Notes under the pieces: generated by a model
Database searches by the model: none
What the model was told of the DNA's origin: nothing
What the model saw: only the letters and a program-made list of their open reading frames with translations
Translations under genes and position numbers: made by a program
Shown: positions 1 through 11,909 of the stretch, in pieces
How the letters are laid out: each line of letters begins with the position of its first letter
How positions within the stretch are numbered: position 1 is the stretch's first letter
NCBI GenBank assembly: GCA_965219415.1
Contig: CBDCNP010000002.1
Coordinates: forward strand, 3,872,001 to 3,936,000
Source of the DNA: Candidatus Marinacidobacterales bacterium
Lineage (GTDB): Bacteria > Acidobacteriota > Vicinamibacteria > Marinacidobacterales > DATDRI01
DNA: 64,000 bases
Reading direction: 5' to 3'

Positions 1-1
1 G

Positions 2-991
2 TTGGTCTTGAATCCGCAGGACAATGCCAGTTTCTTGCGGGCAATCAACACACCGCCTCGCGGTTTTGGAGCAGCCACCCTAGCGCTCACCGAGCAAAGG
101 GCATCCGAGCACAGTCTTTCTCTCTGGGATGCGGCCGCCCGGCTGGATGACGAGAACGCCATCCCGGCGAGGGCGAGCCAAGGACTCGCTTCCTTCCGAG
201 ACATACGCGAAGATCTTGCGAAGCATGCGATCAAAGCGACGATTGGTTCTTTAGTCGAGGAGACGCTCACGCGAAGCGGCCTCACCGCGGCGCTCGAGAA
301 AGAGAACGCCGTAGAGGCTGAAGGGCGAGTCGAGAACCTCCTTCAACTGGTGACCGCCGCCATCGATTACGAGGAGCGGGAGAAGGAGCCGTCGCTTGCC
401 GGTTTTCTCGATCGCGTGAGTTTGCTCACCGATCTGGATACCGTCAAGGAAGAGGCGCCCTGCCTTCTCATGACTCTCCATGGCGCGAAGGGACTCGAGT
501 TCGACGTCGTTTTCTTGACTGGTCTCGAGGAGGGACTCTTTCCCCATTTTCGCTCCGCCGGGGACCGACGTGCGCTCGAGGAGGAGCGGCGTCTCTGCTA
601 CGTGGGGATGACGCGAGCCAAAACCTTGCTGTTTCTGACCTACGCTCTCAATCGAAGATCCGCCCTCGAGAAGGAAGGCCGGACGCCGTCCCGCTTCCTG
701 AACGAGATCCCGGCCGAGATCCTCGCGGGCGACGCTTCGCCTGACATGACGACGACGCCCGTCGCAGGTCCGGGCCGTCTTTCTCCAGGTGCGGCGGTGC
801 GGCACGCCCGCTTCGGCGAGGGAACTATCGTGGAAGCCGAACCGCCTGGCACCGAGCAAAAGATCACGGTGCTCTTTCGACGCGCCGGTCGCAAGAAACT
901 CGTCGCCCGCTTCGCGAAGCTCGAAGTCCTAAAGAACGCAAGTCCTGCCAAGGACAAACGCACGCGTCCCTACCGCCGTCTGACGCTCTAG
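2..991 (+). CDS. uvrD: ATP-dependent DNA helicase UvrD/PcrA, C-terminal part (5' end outside the window)
   Basis: Motifs LMTLHGAKGLEFDVVFL and EEERRLCYVGMTRA; C-terminal Tudor-like VRHARFGEGTI. Confidence 0.95.
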   Translation: MVLNPQDNASFLRAINTPPRGFGAATLALTEQRASEHSLSLWDAAARLDDENAIPARASQGLASFRDIREDLAKHAIKATIGSLVEETLTRSGLTAALEKENAVEAEGRVENLLQLVTAAIDYEEREKEPSLAGFLDRVSLLTDLDTVKEEAPCLLMTLHGAKGLEFDVVFLTGLEEGLFPHFRSAGDRRALEEERRLCYVGMTRAKTLLFLTYALNRRSALEKEGRTPSRFLNEIPAEILAGDASPDMTTTPVAGPGRLSPGAAVRHARFGEGTIVEAEPPGTEQKITVLFRRAGRKKLVARFAKLEVLKNASPAKDKRTRPYRRLTL

Positions 992-1060
992 TCATGGCAT
1001 CGCCGTATCGTGACGGCCGAACTGTGAGGAACGCGACCCTTTCACCCCGCCAGAGGAAAC

Positions 1061-1762
1061 TCACTCCCCCCGTTGCTTAATGCTGACGATGATCCAACGC
1101 GAGGGCGGGGTGAAATTGTTCTGCAGGTTCATCAGCTCGTACTTGCTTAGTGTGAAGACGTAGACTGTTTCGGGAGCGGAAGCCGTCTCCACGTCGACTA
1201 CCACTTCCCGCGTCAGGACTTCGCCGTCAAAAAGTTCGATGTCATCCGACGACATCACCGACTTCCGGGACGGTTTCTTCTCGTCCTCGATCACTTTCTT
1301 GATCTCGCGGAGGTCGAGCTCCTGCGCCGCTCGCTCCTTTCGGTAAAACTGGTACTCGGCATGGAGATCGGCGAGCTTGCCCTTGAACGCGTAGTCGGGA
1401 TTCTGCTCGAGCCTTTCCTCGATCAGTAAGAGTTCTGAGTAGTTGGCGAGTCGGAAGTCTGAGAATACGGCGAACTGTGCGTCGCGCTCGATCTTGGCGA
1501 TCTCCGCCGCACTACGAAGCTCGCCTAGCTTGAACGGCGCGCTGGTGGTCGGCCCGACCTCGACGACATCCCATGATTGGATGGCGCTTCCGGGGAAGGA
1601 AACCATAGAGAGCGCGGCGACGGTGTTGGTGTTCTCGTTCATCGTGGCGCGGAAAAATTTCCTCAAAACCTCCTGCTCCGCTCCGCCACAGGCGGTGGCG
1701 GAGATCAGAATGGCGATTCCGAAGCACACTAGCCATTGGCTACGGCCGTTCGATCGACGCAT
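1061..1762 (-). CDS. Hypothetical lipoprotein
   Basis: 233-aa ORF with signal peptide, lipobox-like ATAC and a coiled-coil-like middle. Confidence 0.7.
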   Translation of the reverse strand: MRRSNGRSQWLVCFGIAILISATACGGAEQEVLRKFFRATMNENTNTVAALSMVSFPGSAIQSWDVVEVGPTTSAPFKLGELRSAAEIAKIERDAQFAVFSDFRLANYSELLLIEERLEQNPDYAFKGKLADLHAEYQFYRKERAAQELDLREIKKVIEDEKKPSRKSVMSSDDIELFDGEVLTREVVVDVETASAPETVYVFTLSKYELMNLQNNFTPPSRWIIVSIKQRGE

Positions 1763-1777
1763 GCTTGCCGGCCTCCT

Positions 1778-1819
1778 GCTCCCGGCTCCCGGCTCCCGGC
1801 TCCCGGCTCCCGGCTCCCC
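1778..1819. repeat. Heptanucleotide tandem repeat (GCTCCCG)x5 plus 1 imperfect copy
   Basis: Read directly; lies just upstream of the 1061-1762 start codon. Confidence 0.95.
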
Positions 1820-1841
1820 GACTTCGACTTCCTCTAGCGCC

Positions 1842-2702
1842 CTAAGGTTGAGCCCTACGGCCTCGACCCCAGCGGAATGGCTGCTCGAGCTCCTCGCCGG
1901 CCTCTACCGAGTGCTGCGCTTCCTCCTGCTGCCGAAGGCGAGCCGCCATGCTCGCGAGCTCGGGATCGCCTGGAAACTCTTCCTCGGCTCTACCAAGGAT
2001 CGTCCCGGCCTCGTCGTAACGATGAAGATCTCCCAGCGCTTCTGCTTCCATTAGGTACGCCTTGCGACGCGTATCAGGCTCCTCGGTTCGGGCGAGGAGC
2101 TTCTCCAGCGTTTCAAGGCTCTTCTCGGCACGCCCATCCAAACGATGGATATGCGCGAGCCGCAGATGCGCGATCGCCGAACCCTCCCCGTAGGGAAATT
2201 CCCGAACCACCCGACGGTAGACCTGGGCGGCCAACACCAGCTCATCGGTGTCGTATCGACAGTTCGCGATTTTCAGAAGCAAGTTCTTCGTTTCGGCGGT
2301 ATCAGTCTCGGCGGCCAAAAGCAACTCGTACTCTTCTATCGCCTTCTCCGGCTGCCCAAGATCTTGCTCGTACATGCGAGCCAAAACGCCGTGCGCATCG
2401 CGGGTGACCTCCGCATCCGGGTAAAAGCTTAGCAGCTTCCGCAGAGTCGACCGCGCCGTTTCGACATCCCTCCGCTGGAGGTAGTGGATGAGTGCCAGGT
2501 TGTACAAAGCCTGCGCCGCTTCGGGGCTGCCGGGGGCTTGAATCGTTACCTCGGTGTAGTGCTCTATCGCCTCATGATAGCGTCCTTGCCCCAGCGCTTC
2601 TCGCGCCGCCGCGAGCTCGTCCGAGCCAGGAGAGGAACACGCGAAGACACCGCCGCACGCCAGGATTGCTAGGAGTAACAGCAGGATTGAGCGGGTAGGC
2701 AT
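1842..2702 (-). CDS. TPR-repeat lipoprotein
   Basis: Signal peptide with Cys; multiple TPR-like helical repeats (AAQALYNLALIHY, KAIEEYELLL). Confidence 0.85.
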   Translation of the reverse strand: MPTRSILLLLLAILACGGVFACSSPGSDELAAAREALGQGRYHEAIEHYTEVTIQAPGSPEAAQALYNLALIHYLQRRDVETARSTLRKLLSFYPDAEVTRDAHGVLARMYEQDLGQPEKAIEEYELLLAAETDTAETKNLLLKIANCRYDTDELVLAAQVYRRVVREFPYGEGSAIAHLRLAHIHRLDGRAEKSLETLEKLLARTEEPDTRRKAYLMEAEALGDLHRYDEAGTILGRAEEEFPGDPELASMAARLRQQEEAQHSVEAGEELEQPFRWGRGRRAQP

Positions 2703-2778
2703 GACCTTTGAGCTCCGTTGGCCGGCTCACACACCAGGCGACTTCAAGGCCGGAGTATCTCTAGTGTGGTTGGTGTTC

Positions 2779-5256
2779 TTAGCCGGGGTCGTCGTCCTTG
2801 GGACCTTCTCCGTTGGTCTCATCTTGCTTTTCGGCAAGCGTCGCGATCGCCACGACGTGATCTCCCTCGTCGACCTGGATGAGTCGAACGCCTTGCGTCG
2901 CCCGTCCCAGGACTCCGATTCCATCTACTCGCAGACGCAGAATCATCCCGTTGCCGGTCACGACCATGATCTCGTCTTCATTGCGCACGAATCGGACACC
3001 AACCACCGGACCGTTCCTCTCGGTGGTTTTGATGTTGATGATACCTTTTCCGCCTCGGCTCTGGAGTCGGTACTGCTCAAGGGAGGTCCGTTTACCGTAC
3101 CCTTGATCGGTGACAGTGAGGAGAGTCCCCTCTTTCTCGACCACCGACATGCCGACGACTCGATCCGCCTTCCGTAGCTCGATACCTTTGACCCCCGCTG
3201 CCGTCCGCCCCATGGGTCGGACATCGGATGCCGCGAAACGAATGGCGAGCCCGTTCCTGGTGGCGAGCACGGCTTGGTCTTCGCTGCCAGTCACCACCGC
3301 CGCGATCAGAGAATCTCCCTCGGGGATGCCGATGGCGATGATCCCCCTGGACATCGGATTGGAAAAAGCGGACAGCGGTGTTTTTTTCACCCTTCCGCTT
3401 TGCGTCGCCATCAAAACGTGTCGATCGTCGGGGAATTCCTTCACCGGGCAGACCGCGGTGAGCTTCTCCTTGGAGCTCATCGAGACGAGATTGACGATGG
3501 CCTTTCCTTTGCCCGCCGTGCCAACCTCGGGGATCTCGTGCACCTTGCGCCAGTACACCTTTCCACGATCGGTGAAGATGAGTATGTAGTCATGGGTGGA
3601 GGCAATGAAGAGCCGGTTCACGAAGTCCTCGTCACGGGTCCGCATGCCGATCCGTCCCTTGCCCCCGCGTTTCTGCTTGCGATAAACGGTGACCGGACTT
3701 CGCTTGATATAGCCCAGATGGGACACCGTGATGACCATGTCCTCTTCCACGATCATGTCCTCCACGCGGATCTCGCGGGTCTTGGCGATGATCTCGGTGC
3801 GACGGGTATCGCCGTACTTTTCCTTGACCTCGAGAAGCTCCTCTCCAACGATTTCCTTGATCCTCGCTTCGCTGGCCAGAATGGCTTTCAACTCCGCAAC
3901 CAGCTTCTGGACTTCCTTGTGCTCGTCGACGATTTTCTGGCGCTCCATCCCGGTCAAGCGATGGAGCTGGAGATCGAGAATCGCCTGGGCCTGGATCTGC
4001 GAGAACTCGTAACGAGAGATCAACTGTTCCCGCGCCTCGGCGGGCGTGCTCGCGGCACGGATGAGATCGATGATCTCGTCCAGATGATCGAGCGCCTTGA
4101 CGAAGCCTTCTAAGATATGCGCTCGCGCTTGCGCTTTGGCGAGGTCGAAGGCGGTTCGTCGGCGTACGACATCCCGGCGAAAATCTAGAAACTGTTTGAC
4201 GATCTCTAGGAGCGGAAAGACCTTGGGCCGATTCTCAGAAATGGCGAGGAGAATGACCCCGAAACTCGTTTGCAGCGCCGTGTGCTTGTAGAGACTGTTC
4301 AGAACCACCTGAGGCACTTCGCCTCGTTTGAGCTCCAATACCATACGCATGCCGCGGCGGTCCGATTCATCCCGCAAGTCCGAGATGCCTTCCAGTTTCC
4401 GGTCTCGAACCAACTCGGCAATTTTCTCCAGAAGCCGTGCCTTGTTGACCTGGTAAGGGATCTCGGTGACGATGATCGCATGACGCTCCTTACCGATGTC
4501 TTCGATCTCGGCACGAGCGCGTAGCTGAATCGTTCCTCGCCCGGTTCGATAGGCCTGCTCGATTCCTTCCCGACCATGAACGAAACCCGCGGTCGGAAAA
4601 TCGGGCCCCGGTATTCGCGCCAGCAGGCCGTTGGTCAGTTCGTGGTCCGACAACTCTGGGCTATCGAGTACGAAGATCGCTCCGGCGACAATCTCAGCCA
4701 AGTTGTGCGGAGGAATGTTCGTCGCCATACCCACGGCGATGCCACTGGTCCCGTTGACCAACAGATTCGGCACCGCGGTCGGTAGCACTGTCGGCTCCTC
4801 GACATTGCCGTCGAAGTTGGGGGTGAAGTCCACGGTGTCTTTGTCCAGATCCCGCATCATTCCCTCGGCCAGCGGCGTTAGCCTGGCCTCGGTGTAACGG
4901 TACGCAGCGGGGGGATCGCCATCCACGGATCCGAAGTTTCCCTGTCCGTCGATGAGCGGGTAGCGCAGGTTGAAGCCTTGCGCCATGCGCACCAGGGTGT
5001 CGTAGACCGCGGAATCGCCGTGCGGGTGGTACTTCTTTAGGACCTCTCCGACGATGCCGGCGCACTTAGAGTACGGTCGATTGGAAAGCAGCCCCTCGCG
5101 GAACATCGCGTACAGCACCCGGCGGTGGACCGGTTTCAGACCGTCGCGAACGTCAGGGAGAGCGCGGCCGATGATCACCGACATGGCATAGTCCATGTAG
5201 GACTTTTTCATCTCGTCTTCGATGTTGACCGGCAGCTGTTCAGCCGCTATGACCAT
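2779..5256 (-). CDS. gyrA: DNA gyrase subunit A
   Basis: RALPDVRDGLKPVHRR, YHPHGDSAVY, AAYRYTEARL, GyrA-box QKRGGKG. Confidence 0.98.
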   Translation of the reverse strand: MVIAAEQLPVNIEDEMKKSYMDYAMSVIIGRALPDVRDGLKPVHRRVLYAMFREGLLSNRPYSKCAGIVGEVLKKYHPHGDSAVYDTLVRMAQGFNLRYPLIDGQGNFGSVDGDPPAAYRYTEARLTPLAEGMMRDLDKDTVDFTPNFDGNVEEPTVLPTAVPNLLVNGTSGIAVGMATNIPPHNLAEIVAGAIFVLDSPELSDHELTNGLLARIPGPDFPTAGFVHGREGIEQAYRTGRGTIQLRARAEIEDIGKERHAIIVTEIPYQVNKARLLEKIAELVRDRKLEGISDLRDESDRRGMRMVLELKRGEVPQVVLNSLYKHTALQTSFGVILLAISENRPKVFPLLEIVKQFLDFRRDVVRRRTAFDLAKAQARAHILEGFVKALDHLDEIIDLIRAASTPAEAREQLISRYEFSQIQAQAILDLQLHRLTGMERQKIVDEHKEVQKLVAELKAILASEARIKEIVGEELLEVKEKYGDTRRTEIIAKTREIRVEDMIVEEDMVITVSHLGYIKRSPVTVYRKQKRGGKGRIGMRTRDEDFVNRLFIASTHDYILIFTDRGKVYWRKVHEIPEVGTAGKGKAIVNLVSMSSKEKLTAVCPVKEFPDDRHVLMATQSGRVKKTPLSAFSNPMSRGIIAIGIPEGDSLIAAVVTGSEDQAVLATRNGLAIRFAASDVRPMGRTAAGVKGIELRKADRVVGMSVVEKEGTLLTVTDQGYGKRTSLEQYRLQSRGGKGIINIKTTERNGPVVGVRFVRNEDEIMVVTGNGMILRLRVDGIGVLGRATQGVRLIQVDEGDHVVAIATLAEKQDETNGEGPKDDDPG

Positions 5257-5354
5257 GCGGTGCTCCTTCTTTTTTCTCTATTCTCTTTCTCGGAGGGGGA
5301 AGAAATGCGAGAGTCTGGTGAGACGCAAATAATCCGGGTTCGTCCCTCTACGGC

Positions 5355-7829
<2,475 letters not shown>

Positions 7830-7861
7830 CTAATCTTTTCTGGTAGTTATTCGTGCGGCAC

Positions 7862-8971
7862 TCAAGTCCTCATGGGCATGACAACGTAACGGTAATCCAC
7901 TTCTTTACTCTCGTTGGAGGGCCTTAGTAAACACTGGGATGAGTCATCCTTGAGTTCTAGCCTAACCTTTTCCGAATCCTCGACGTTTAGAAAATCGAGT
8001 ATGTACTGTCCGTTGAAGCCGACTTCGAGACTGTCCCCACCGTACTCGACTTCCATCTCTTCCCTCGCTTCGCCAAGCTCTGGATTCTGTGAAGATATCT
8101 CCATCTTATCGGAGTCTATCGCCATGCGTACGGCACGGGACCGCTCGTTCGCTAAGAGCGAGACCCGTCGAAGCGCTCCGCAAAGAGAATCTCGACGACA
8201 CAGAACAATCTTGTCGTTCCCCTTTGGAATGACCTTGTCATAAACTGGAAATTGATCTTCTACTCGCTTCGACACGAGAAGGCGGTCTTTCACTCGAAAG
8301 TAAAGATGGTTGTCTCCCTGGGAGAATTCGACTTTCCCGTCCGACTCACCCAAGATCTTAACCAACTCCAACAGAGTCTTCTTTGGGACGATGACCGATA
8401 AAGATCCTTCTCCCGACGCCTTACCTTTGACCATAATATAGGCTAGCCGGTGGCCGTCGGTGGCCACCATCCGAAAGCCTTCGGACCCAATCTCGAGCCT
8501 CGCTCCATTCAGAAAGTAGCGGCTGTCGTCCGCGGTGATGGCAAAGCTGGTCTTGTGAATCATCTCCCGTAGAACAGCCCCCGGAATGAGACAGGCGGAC
8601 TCTTTCGGTGGATCGGAAAGGGAGGGAAAATCCACCTTCGCCAAACCCACCATCTTGAAATAGGACCTACCACTGGTTATGGAGGCCCAGAAATTCTCTA
8701 GCTCCTTGATCTCGATCTGAGGCTCGGATACAGCGCGGACGATCTCGAAAAGCTTCTTGGCCGACAAGGTGAGGGAACCGGCGTCCTTTACCTCGGCTGG
8801 GAACCGGCAACGTAGGCCCACATCCAGATCGGTCGCCGAGAGCGTGACTTCGGAATCACCGGCATCAATGAGGACATTTCCCAGCACCGGAATAGTGTTC
8901 TTTCGCTCCACGATACCCTGAATCAAGGAAAGCTCCTTGAGTAACTCTTCCTTCCTAGCCGTAAACTCCAT
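7862..8971 (-). CDS. dnaN: DNA polymerase III beta sliding clamp
   Basis: ATDLD, VATDGHRL, C-terminal YVVMPMR; directly downstream of dnaA. Confidence 0.97.
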   Translation of the reverse strand: MEFTARKEELLKELSLIQGIVERKNTIPVLGNVLIDAGDSEVTLSATDLDVGLRCRFPAEVKDAGSLTLSAKKLFEIVRAVSEPQIEIKELENFWASITSGRSYFKMVGLAKVDFPSLSDPPKESACLIPGAVLREMIHKTSFAITADDSRYFLNGARLEIGSEGFRMVATDGHRLAYIMVKGKASGEGSLSVIVPKKTLLELVKILGESDGKVEFSQGDNHLYFRVKDRLLVSKRVEDQFPVYDKVIPKGNDKIVLCRRDSLCGALRRVSLLANERSRAVRMAIDSDKMEISSQNPELGEAREEMEVEYGGDSLEVGFNGQYILDFLNVEDSEKVRLELKDDSSQCLLRPSNESKEVDYRYVVMPMRT

Positions 8972-9200
8972 TGGGTTTTTCCTTTTAGTAATAGATAGGT
9001 ATTAAACAAGTAATTATATCAATAATTCTCTGTTGAAACAAACAATATCCATACTTAAAGTTATTTAAATCAGCTATTTAGAAAGAAATTAAACCGTAGG
9101 AAATCCCGCGGATGAGATCTACTTAGAATTGTGGAAATTTGGCTTTGCAACTTACTCTCAGGTCTTCCACAGGTACGTGCAAAACTGTGTTGAAAGGTAA
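8972..9200. other. Putative oriC unwinding region (AT-rich DUE with DnaA-box-like sites)
   Basis: Very AT-rich 8972-9090 in a GC-rich genome; trio-like TAGTAATAGATAG at 8986; DnaA-box-like TGTGGAAAT 9130, TCTTCCACA 9163, TGTTGAAA 9031 and 9188; dnaA-dnaN intergenic position. Confidence 0.8.
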
Positions 9201-9421
9201 ACGAGTGTCGTGAAGGTGCCCCTGAAGTTGTGCCAGACGCCAAGCCAGCGAGGTGTGTCCATCAACCGAGCCAGGCGCCGGAGGCCAAAATAGGCAGTAG
9301 CTTCAATGGAGTTAGCCAGGCGTCGGTCAGACGGTTCCGCGCCTAGAAAAGAATGCTGCCATAATAGCCGTTAAAATAGGTTGTCTCAATGAACAATGTG
9401 GTCAGAGGGCGGTGTCTAAAC

Positions 9422-10741
9422 TCAGTGGAAAGACTCGAGAAAGCTTTGCACCAGCTTGTCGAAGTCGGGATCGGAACTCATCATCCCCTTTACCTTTCGG
9501 ATGGAGTGGATCACGGTGGAGTGGTGTTTTCCGCCGAAGCCCTTGCCAATGTCAGGAAGGCTGGCGGTGGTGAGTTGCTTGGCCATATACATGGCGATCT
9601 GGCGGGGCAGGGCGACCGATTTGGAGTTGTTGCGAGCCTTGAGATCCGAAATCTTTAGGCTGTAGTGGTCCGCCACGAACTTCTGGATCATATCTAGGTT
9701 GATGATGCGATCTTCGTTTGGGAGGAGGTCGCGCAGAACATCCTTTGCGAGCTCTAAATTCACAGGCCGACCGGTCAGCGAGGAGTAGGCGATCAGCCGG
9801 ATAAGAGAGCCTTCGAGCTCTCGGACGTTAGACTTGATTTTAGAGGCGATGAAGATGGCTACGTTGTCGGGGATGTGGACCTGTTCCGCGTCCGCCTTCT
9901 TCCTGAGGATCGCCACTTTGGTCTCGAGGTCGGGGGCTTGGATGTCTGCAGTAAGTCCCCATTCGAAACGGGAGTGGAGCCTCTCTTCCAGGGTGGGGAT
10001 GGCCCGAGGAGGAGCGTCACTGCTAATGGCAATTTGTTTCTGAGCGTCGTAGAGGGCGTTGAAGGTGTGAAAGAATTCTTCTTGGGTGCGCTCTTTACCC
10101 GCGATGAACTGAATGTCATCGATCAGCAAGACGTCGATGGAGCGGAGTCGGCGCCGGAAGTCGAGGATGCGGTCGTAGCGGATCGCGTTGATGAGATCGT
10201 TCATGAACTTTTCGGCGGAGATGTAGACCAAGCGAACGTTGTTGCTCTGCTGAAGGATCTGCTGACCGATGGCGTGCAAGAGATGGGTTTTCCCGAGGCC
10301 CACGCCGCCGTAGATGAACAGCGGGTTGTAAGCTCGCGAAGGGGACTCCGCTACCGCTCGCGCCGCGGCGTGCGCGAACTGATTGCTGGTGCCGACGACG
10401 AAGTTGTCGAACGTATACTTGGCGCTCAGCGCCGGGAGCTCTCGCTTGTCGGGAACCGTCGAAGAGGTTGTTTCGATTGCCGATGGAACCTCATGCTCAG
10501 CGGCGGCTTGCGCTGCTTCGAAAACGACTTCGACGTCATGTCGATCCAACTCGTCCAGGGACTCGTGAATGACCCCGGTGTAGTGCTTGGTTAGCCAGTC
10601 GCGGAAGTGCGTGTTGGGGACTTGAATCGCCAGCGTGTTGCCGGTCTCGAACAATAGCCGCGTCGGTCGAAACCAAGTATTGAAGCTATGCCGGTTTACC
10701 TTGGATTCGATTCGTGTGAGAATGCTCTCCCAGAGATCCAT
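9422..10741 (-). CDS. dnaA: Chromosomal replication initiator DnaA
   Basis: YNPLFIYGGVGLGKTHL, LLIDDIQF, domain IV PRQIAMY...GGKHHSTVIH. Confidence 0.99.
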   Translation of the reverse strand: MDLWESILTRIESKVNRHSFNTWFRPTRLLFETGNTLAIQVPNTHFRDWLTKHYTGVIHESLDELDRHDVEVVFEAAQAAAEHEVPSAIETTSSTVPDKRELPALSAKYTFDNFVVGTSNQFAHAAARAVAESPSRAYNPLFIYGGVGLGKTHLLHAIGQQILQQSNNVRLVYISAEKFMNDLINAIRYDRILDFRRRLRSIDVLLIDDIQFIAGKERTQEEFFHTFNALYDAQKQIAISSDAPPRAIPTLEERLHSRFEWGLTADIQAPDLETKVAILRKKADAEQVHIPDNVAIFIASKIKSNVRELEGSLIRLIAYSSLTGRPVNLELAKDVLRDLLPNEDRIINLDMIQKFVADHYSLKISDLKARNNSKSVALPRQIAMYMAKQLTTASLPDIGKGFGGKHHSTVIHSIRKVKGMMSSDPDFDKLVQSFLESFH

Positions 10742-10844
10742 AGTTCAGACCAGGTCAAACCCTTTAAAATGAATGACTTCCCAAAGCCGTCGCGGATGTC
10801 TCGTAGGGCACTTCGAGGACACCGCGGGCACTCTCGCGGAGACG

Positions 10845-10876
10845 TTTTGCACAGTTTTTTCCACAGGTGTTGAAAA
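10845..10876. promoter_or_regulatory. DnaA-box cluster upstream of dnaA
   Basis: TTTTGCACA 10845, TTTTCCACA 10857, TGTTGAAAA 10868. Confidence 0.65.
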
Positions 10877-11012
10877 AAAGTACATCCAACGACTTCACTG
10901 CTGACGCAGTTTGCGGTTTTTGTACCGGACGAGCGGTGAACATTAGCACAAGCGATCGACTCCGACAAGAGAAATGTACGACGCACGTTCGGTGAAAAAA
11001 TTTCTTCCCTGG

Positions 11013-11041
11013 TTGACAGTCCGAACGGACGGAGGTAGCAT
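11013..11041 (+). promoter_or_regulatory. Sigma70-type promoter for the rpmH operon
   Basis: TTGACA-17 bp-TAGCAT. Confidence 0.7.
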
Positions 11042-11125
11042 GGCTGTTTTGGCTATTGAACGTTTTCGTCTCGGTTCTTGCACGCGGGATCGGAAAGGCG
11101 GCTCAGCCGTGAGAGAGGTCAGAAC

Positions 11126-11260
11126 ATGAAACGGACATTCCAGCCGAACCGTCGGCGTCGAAAGAAGACGCACGGGTTCCGGATCCGCATGAGTAGCAAG
11201 GCGGGTCGCGCTGTGATCGCGCGGCGTCGTCGCAAGGGCAGGCGTCGTCTCGCCGGCTAA
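11126..11260 (+). CDS. rpmH: 50S ribosomal protein L34
   Basis: [22 protein letters not shown]..., 44 aa; RBS GAGAGG. Confidence 0.97.
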   Translation: MKRTFQPNRRRRKKTHGFRIRMSSKAGRAVIARRRRKGRRRLAG

Positions 11261-11312
11261 GCCGGCTGAGCCAGCGAGGGGTGACGAGACGGGCGAGCGC
11301 GCTTCGGGTGCC

Positions 11313-11681
11313 TTGAACCAACAGCTTGGTGGCCCGGATCGATTGAGACGGAAGGCAGATTTTGAGAGAGTCTACTCGAAAGGACGACGGATTCCCGGAC
11401 GATTCTTTATCGGCTACCTCTTGTTACAGGAGGGGGCGCCGCTTCGGGTCGGCGTCGTTGCCAGCCGTCGAGTGGGAGGCGCGACTATCCGGAACCGCGC
11501 CAAGCGTCGCCTCCGCGAAATCTTCCGCAAGAACAAACCAAGCGGTTCGATAGCTGCGGATGTCATCCTCATTGCCAGAGCAGCCATCATCGAGGCCAGC
11601 TTCGAGGAGATTGCTAGAGCCTATGTTCGAGGGGTGGGCCGAGCTCTCGAGGAAAGCCGCCGCGATCTTGGAGGCTCTTGA
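11313..11681 (+). CDS. rnpA: Ribonuclease P protein component
   Basis: [15 protein letters not shown] motif [13 protein letters not shown]. Confidence 0.93.
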   Translation: MNQQLGGPDRLRRKADFERVYSKGRRIPGRFFIGYLLLQEGAPLRVGVVASRRVGGATIRNRAKRRLREIFRKNKPSGSIAADVILIARAAIIEASFEEIARAYVRGVGRALEESRRDLGGS

Positions 11682-11901
11682 TCGGCTCGTACTGGCGCGA
11701 GTGGTGCTGGCCGGAATCTGGCTCTACCGGCTCAGCCTGTCGTGGTTGTTCCGCGGCACGTGCCGTTTCGTCCCTTCCTGCTCCGCCTATTCGGCTGAGG
11801 CGGTGGCGCGTTACGGAGCCATCCAGGGGATCTGGATGACGGTTCGTCGGCTCGGAAGATGCCACCCCTTTAGCCCCGGAGGCTTTGACCCCGTTCCTTA
11901 A
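11560..11901 (+). CDS. yidD: Membrane protein insertion efficiency factor YidD (true start probably ~100 nt further downstream)
   Basis: [10 protein letters not shown] and [14 protein letters not shown] motifs. Confidence 0.9.
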   Translation: MSSSLPEQPSSRPASRRLLEPMFEGWAELSRKAAAILEALDRLVLARVVLAGIWLYRLSLSWLFRGTCRFVPSCSAYSAEAVARYGAIQGIWMTVRRLGRCHPFSPGGFDPVP

Positions 11902-11909
11902 GGACCTTC

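Noticed and set aside
9239-9410. Repeat-spacer appearance as a possible CRISPR array
   Set aside because: Boxes are only 9-12 bp, degenerate and dispersed, with no cas genes; reported instead as a dispersed motif.
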